Source: Lingula anatina (Eukaryota; Animalia; Brachiopoda). From it: 64,000 nt of DNA. The notes beneath the pieces are model-generated. The model ran no database searches. It saw nothing but the letters and a program-made list of their open reading frames with translations, and had not been told where the DNA came from. Location: positions 17,670,001 to 17,734,000 of the forward strand of contig CM120646.1 in the NCBI GenBank assembly GCA_051362555.1. Reading direction: 5' to 3'. Positions 59,235 through 64,000 of this stretch are shown here, piece by piece. The position numbers and the translations under genes were made by a program. Each line of letters opens with the position of its first letter. Position 1 is the first letter of the stretch.

Positions 59235-62200
59235 TGGAGAGGTCGAGTTGCCTTGGTAACCGGGGCGTCAGTTGGGATGGGCGAGGCGTTTTGTCGAGCG
59301 CTCGTGAAACACGGTATGATAGTTGTGGGGTGCGCTCGCCGAGTCGAACTGATAGAGGTAAGGTTTTCATGTAGGCCTATATAAAAGGAGAAGTAAAAAG
59401 TATTGGGGGGGGGGGGGGTAGTATTGATGTGACAGAATGAAAGAAAACAGTTGATATATATTATTGAAGTAGACCTCACATAATTTACAAAGGGCCATTC
59501 TGAATGAGATAAGTCGCACTAGTTAGTGCGCATTAACTCACGCTAATAGCAATCAGATTAACAGACCAACACGCCGCCTCTTGTTTCCAACGTGGTCGTA
59601 AAATCACCAGCTTCTCTGAATTCAACTCAACACCAGTCTGTTGTAGGTGAGGACTTTATCAATAAAAAGAATATTGAATTATTGGAAAACAGTAAAAAAA
59701 GATATGATAGACTAATTTGACTAAATGAAAACAGTTGACATAAAGATTTATTGAAGTAGAAATTTCATAATTTTCTGCTTAGAGAATAAAATTATCGTAA
59801 ACGGTTACTTCACATATGCTAGCCACGATAGGGTCCATACATACATACATACATACATACATACATACATACATACATACAAAGCGAAACCTACCTTAAT
59901 CAAATTTGCTGTCTTTTAAATTAACACTTTTCTATTTTTTATTTACAGAAGACAGCAAAAGAATTGGAAGGAGAGACAGGACGTTTGATCCCCATGAAAT
60001 GTGACCTGACAGTGAAATCTGAGATCGAATCCATGTTCCGGGCCATAAAGGACCAAGTGGGTGGGGTGGACGTATGTGTTAATAACGCTGGGTATCTGGC
60101 CCCACAGCAACTTCTCGGTGGCGATACCGACACCTTCCAGAAAATGCTGGACGTGAGTATTACCATTTTAGACTGATGTAACTTGATAGAGAGTCCCCCA
60201 AAACAGAGAGTCCGCTTCCCATTCACTTGTACAGGTGAGCCTCGCCCTAGATTTCGACCCACTTAGGTCAAACTAACCCTAGCCATTATTACTATATGGC
60301 GGGAGGACTTTCTGTTACACGGACCCTCTGTTCCGTTACACCGGACATGGGCCAACCATCATGTATCAGACTATATGCAGTAGTGGGAGTGTCTCTGTAA
60401 TAAAGTCTTTGAAGGGGAATGGACATGTGTATTTTTAAAAGGGAGTTATTTTCACCCGACCATAGTCCTGACTATCGTCATCAGCCGACCAGAGTGCAAG
60501 AACCATTGAGATGTATGTGTCATATGTTCACTGTTGCCAAATTTTTGTTTTCAGACCAACATCCTGGGCCTCTCAATAGTAACCCAAATGGCCGTGCAGT
60601 CGATGAAAGAGCGAAAAGTCGATGATGGCCATATTATTCATATTTGCAGGTAAATGTTTATGAATTATCATCTAGGAAGTGTTCTACTTTTGAATTTTCA
60701 GCAATAAAAGAAAACAATATAAAATCACCGCATGCATGCAGATCATTCAACTAAAAAGTACAGCCGCATCAACAGTGTTAGACGGCGACTCCGTGCTTAC
60801 TAAATTAGTTAGCTGTTATCCACATCTTATGCCGACTCTGAAATCTATCAACATCAAATCACAATACCAAATTGACTTCAGTATTGAAATCTATTTTCAG
60901 TGTCAGTACAATTTTTTTGATCGTCCGGTCAAAATTTTTCATTTTGTTTTTTCAGCCAAACTGGGCATCGTTATTGCCGTGAAATAGCAGCTATGCATTT
61001 TTATTCAGCTACCAAGCACGCAGTGAAATGTCTGACAGAGGGTCTGAGGGCTTGTCTGAGAGCGGAGGAGTCTATGATTCGTGTGTCGGTAAGTTCCCCT
61101 CCCCGCACCCTCCCTCTCTCCCTCTCTCTCTCTCCCAAATTTACGGTCATATTCTCCACAGAAGAACGCATTAAAAGGCGTTCATAAATTAGATGGAAAA
61201 CGCATTTATCGCGATCAACTGTAACTTGTATAAAGCACCCTTTCTATATATTGCTTTTTTCTCTTCTGGCAAAACGCAGTTTTCTAGCAAAAGTAGAAAT
61301 TCCTTCAGTTAAAGGTCGGTGTCTTTGAGGGTTTAGCAAAATATGAATATTAAAAACACAACATCAAAATGTTTAGAAAACGCTGTTTGAAAAACTGATA
61401 ATCTAAATCATTTAATTCAGACTATTAGTCCTGCTCTGGTGGACACTGTATTGGCGAGACAGTGGGTGGAAGTGGAGTTTGGGAAAGAGAAAATGGAGCA
61501 GTTGTTCAGACGGAGACAGGTAACATTTATTACAACTACAAGACAAAAGAAACGTAAACCTATATTGCTTTTTAAAAAGGATCGAAGTTTTAATGATTGA
61601 CCGAAATGGAAATGCCAGTGAAACAATTCTTGAAATTGACAACTGTACAGATTTTGCATAGAATGATAAGATTTTTCGAGATCTACAAAGTAGCCTACTT
61701 GAGTAGAATGTGATATTGTATATTCGAATCTTTAATTCTTTGACATCATTACAGTGTCTTCTGCCCGAAGAAATAGCGGACAATTTGATCTACATCCTGT
61801 CTGCCCCGCCGTCTGTGAACGTAAGTTCTGTTATAAAATCTCACAATGATTTGCTTGTTGATAAAGATTTGCTTGTTGATAAATCGCTACAAAATTGAGA
61901 AATATTAAACATAGTTTATGTCAAATGTCTGGTGAAAGACTTTTAGAACAACGTCACTCGTACAATTATTGCTGGTGTTTCACTCATCAGATGTTCCCAT
62001 TTGTTTAAATGTAATATATCGGTATTCTATACATATAGAAAAAAATGCCCCTGAAACATTTTTAAGTCAAAAGATCCTGTTAAACTACTTGTTTTCCCTT
62101 TCAGTCCTTTAAAGCGTTAAAATCCATCATACTAAATGTGTCGGGTGCACGTGCCGAAATTTCCTTCTGAAATGTTGAGAGGACGGGTGGTACTCTAGAC

Positions 62201-62344
62201 CTCTACATGAATAATGATACATTTAGAACTATGCCATCTATATTTAGCAATAAATAAAACATTGAATCCAATTTCAAATACTTGTGTTTTTTTACCTTTC
62301 AGATCAGAGACATCTGTGTGGGTGGGGTTTTGGACCCACTATAA
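59226..62344 (+). CDS. DHRS11: DHRS11-like short-chain dehydrogenase/reductase, copy C, 256 aa; exons 59226-59357, 59949-60152, 60555-60649, 60956-61088, 61421-61519, 61755-61820, 62303-62344
   Basis: Same exon lengths and phases as gene A, GT-AG introns; motifs TGASVGMG, NNAG, YSATK; ends IRDICVGGVLDPL-TAA. Confidence 0.92.
59838..59880. repeat. (TACA)n microsatellite
   Basis: Direct reading. Confidence 0.95.
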
Positions 62345-62666
62345 GACTCCTATATATCCATCAAGAAATGAACTGCAGCTTCTACATGTATGGTGCAGAA
62401 CCTGAGCATATATTATACTAGTATATTGCTATATGTATATATATAAGAGATGTAAAGAGACGTACGTCATTTCTGTTCAAAATTCTCTCTATACATTAAT
62501 GTGCCCGTAATAGCTAGAGAAATATCTGGGAGTATCTATATAGGAAAATATATATATGTGAATCTGGCAGATCTAGAGCTGTTACGTAGGCCTACATGTA
62601 TATATGCACTGTTGATGTCGTGCTTATTTCCCCTGAGAACACCCCCTCAGTCCTATTTGTAATCTC

Positions 62667-62859
62667 GAAGATTTACATGTATCTAATGCATACGTCATAC
62701 GAACAAACTGGCAGCTCACCTTTTGACACGCTCATTATGCTGTTAATAATGCACAGACCCAATAAGAAAATGGCCTAGGACTAGATTGTGGTCTGGCCTG
62801 TGACATATGCGTAAAATGGCCACTGTTGATGCGTTTTAATCACCTAAAGAGTGCATTAC
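62667..62859. mobile_element. ~190-bp insertion flanked by an 18-bp direct repeat (possible truncated retroposon)
   Basis: AGTCCTATTTGTAATCTC at 62649-62666 and 63110-63127; the interior is absent from the paralogous site in unit 2 (~49020-49055). Confidence 0.5.
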
Positions 62860-62862
62860 TTA

Positions 62863-63107
62863 GGCTTCGTTCACATGCAATGTCTATTTTCTATTTTCTA
62901 TTTTCGGTATGTCTTATGATCACGGTCTGTGCACTGAATATCCCGCCGCGTAATTACTGGCAGCGCGAGCCAGTTACTTATAGTAACTTATAGTAACTGG
63001 CTCGCGCTGCCAGTAATTACGCCGCGGGATATTCAGTGCACAGACCGTGATCATAAGACATACCGAAAATAGAAAATAGAAAATAGACATTGCATGTGAA
63101 CGAAGCC
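62863..63107. mobile_element. Near-perfect palindromic Harbinger-type MITE, 245 bp (second copy)
   Basis: TTA TSD (62860-62862, 63108-63110); reverse complement of 7603-7861 apart from the CTATTTT repeat number. Confidence 0.9.
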
Positions 63108-64000
63108 TTAGTCCTATTTGTAATCTCAAAATTTTGTGTCTTGACAACTTTACACATCTTATTGTACCTCCAGTGCAAAGATTTGCATAATATTAGTGAA
63201 AATGTTGAAGTCGATTATTTTACGTTCGGTATATTTTTAGTGATAAAAGGTTTTTCAGAACAATATGTATTATATATTTCGCTTTTTTCAAACTAATAAA
63301 CTTTTTTTTTTGGCTTTTCATTGTTTTAGGAGGTTGCTGTGTATTAATGGTATTAGGTCAAATGGTTGATTTTTCACAAATTTTGTTAAAATGGCGTTGG
63401 GTAGGGGGAGGCAAGGGTTTTTGTGCTCTGTATTACCCTTTATTAACTATACCACAGTACATTTATACTACAATATATCTTTGTACGTATGTCAGAGAGT
63501 AGATAAATCCTTGGCTTTTTCTCTTTTCGCTCGTTATGCTGTTTTCTTGTTCTTTTTTTTTTTTTTTTTTTTTTTTGGTGGGAGGGGGGGGGGGTGGAGG
63601 GAGAAGTGATTACTGTCGGCTAAGGCAGGATGTCCCACTGGTATTAACACTTACAAGTACACAACGTGAAATACAGGAATATTCTGAAACCACGTTCCTG
63701 CCTGTTCCCTGTTAGAAGGCAACCTAAGGAACAATTTTATTTTACGAGATGAAATAGAAAATCAGTCAGAAAATTATGAAAAAAGTCCGGGAAAACGATT
63801 TGGAAACATTACAGCAGTCCAAAAGTTTAACAAATAATTTATTGATAACATTTAAGAAATTAAAATATTGAAAATACATATAGAAAATTGAAAGTCAGTG
63901 CATTATTAATTATTTAGTTTCGAGGAAATAAAACGATAGCAATCAAAAATTTTAACTGCGTTTTACGTTGCCTGTGGACCCACGACAACCGGCAACTATT

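Larger units (their letters stand above)
32680..63755 (+). repeat. Tandem triplication of a ~8-kb unit (units ~32680-40495, ~40495-50455, ~50455-63755)
   Basis: The unit start (CCTACTAA-TTA-TAAGTGTAGCT...AATCTATTAGTATAAGATCCATTTGTCTTTACATGT) recurs near 32700, 40525 and 50487. The unit end (AG-GGCAA-CT-AG...TTTTATTT...TGAAA) recurs near 40450-40490, 50413-50453 and 63714-63753. Confidence 0.88.

Noticed and set aside
1-64000. tRNA, rRNA or snRNA genes
   Set aside because: None recognised by eye; a covariance-model search was not possible, so absence is not proven.

Overview
AT-rich invertebrate animal genomic DNA with spliceosomal introns and many microsatellites and MITEs; it looks lophotrochozoan/mollusc-like, but the taxon is only a guess. 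The left half (1-~33 kb) looks like the large introns and 5' region of an unidentified minus-strand gene. It has one probable coding exon (13779-14189), candidate 5' exons, a candidate recursive splice site and a ~235-bp long-range inverted repeat pair. The right half (~32680-63755) is a tandem triplication of a ~8-kb unit carrying a DHRS11-like short-chain dehydrogenase gene. Units 1 (CDS 35883-38771) and 3 (CDS 59226-62344) are intact 256-aa genes with 7 coding exons. In unit 2 the promoter and coding exons 1-4 are replaced by a ~4.9-kb array of a 93-bp ACGT-rich, hairpin-rich satellite joined at microhomologies. The paralogous units provide empty sites that fix several insertion boundaries: a full-length L1/Tx1 retrotransposon with two intact ORFs (53391-58944, 15-bp TSD, 5' YY1 motif), a TTAA-flanked Kolobok-like element (46963-48471) and several MITEs. 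All comparisons were made by eye, without alignment or database search.
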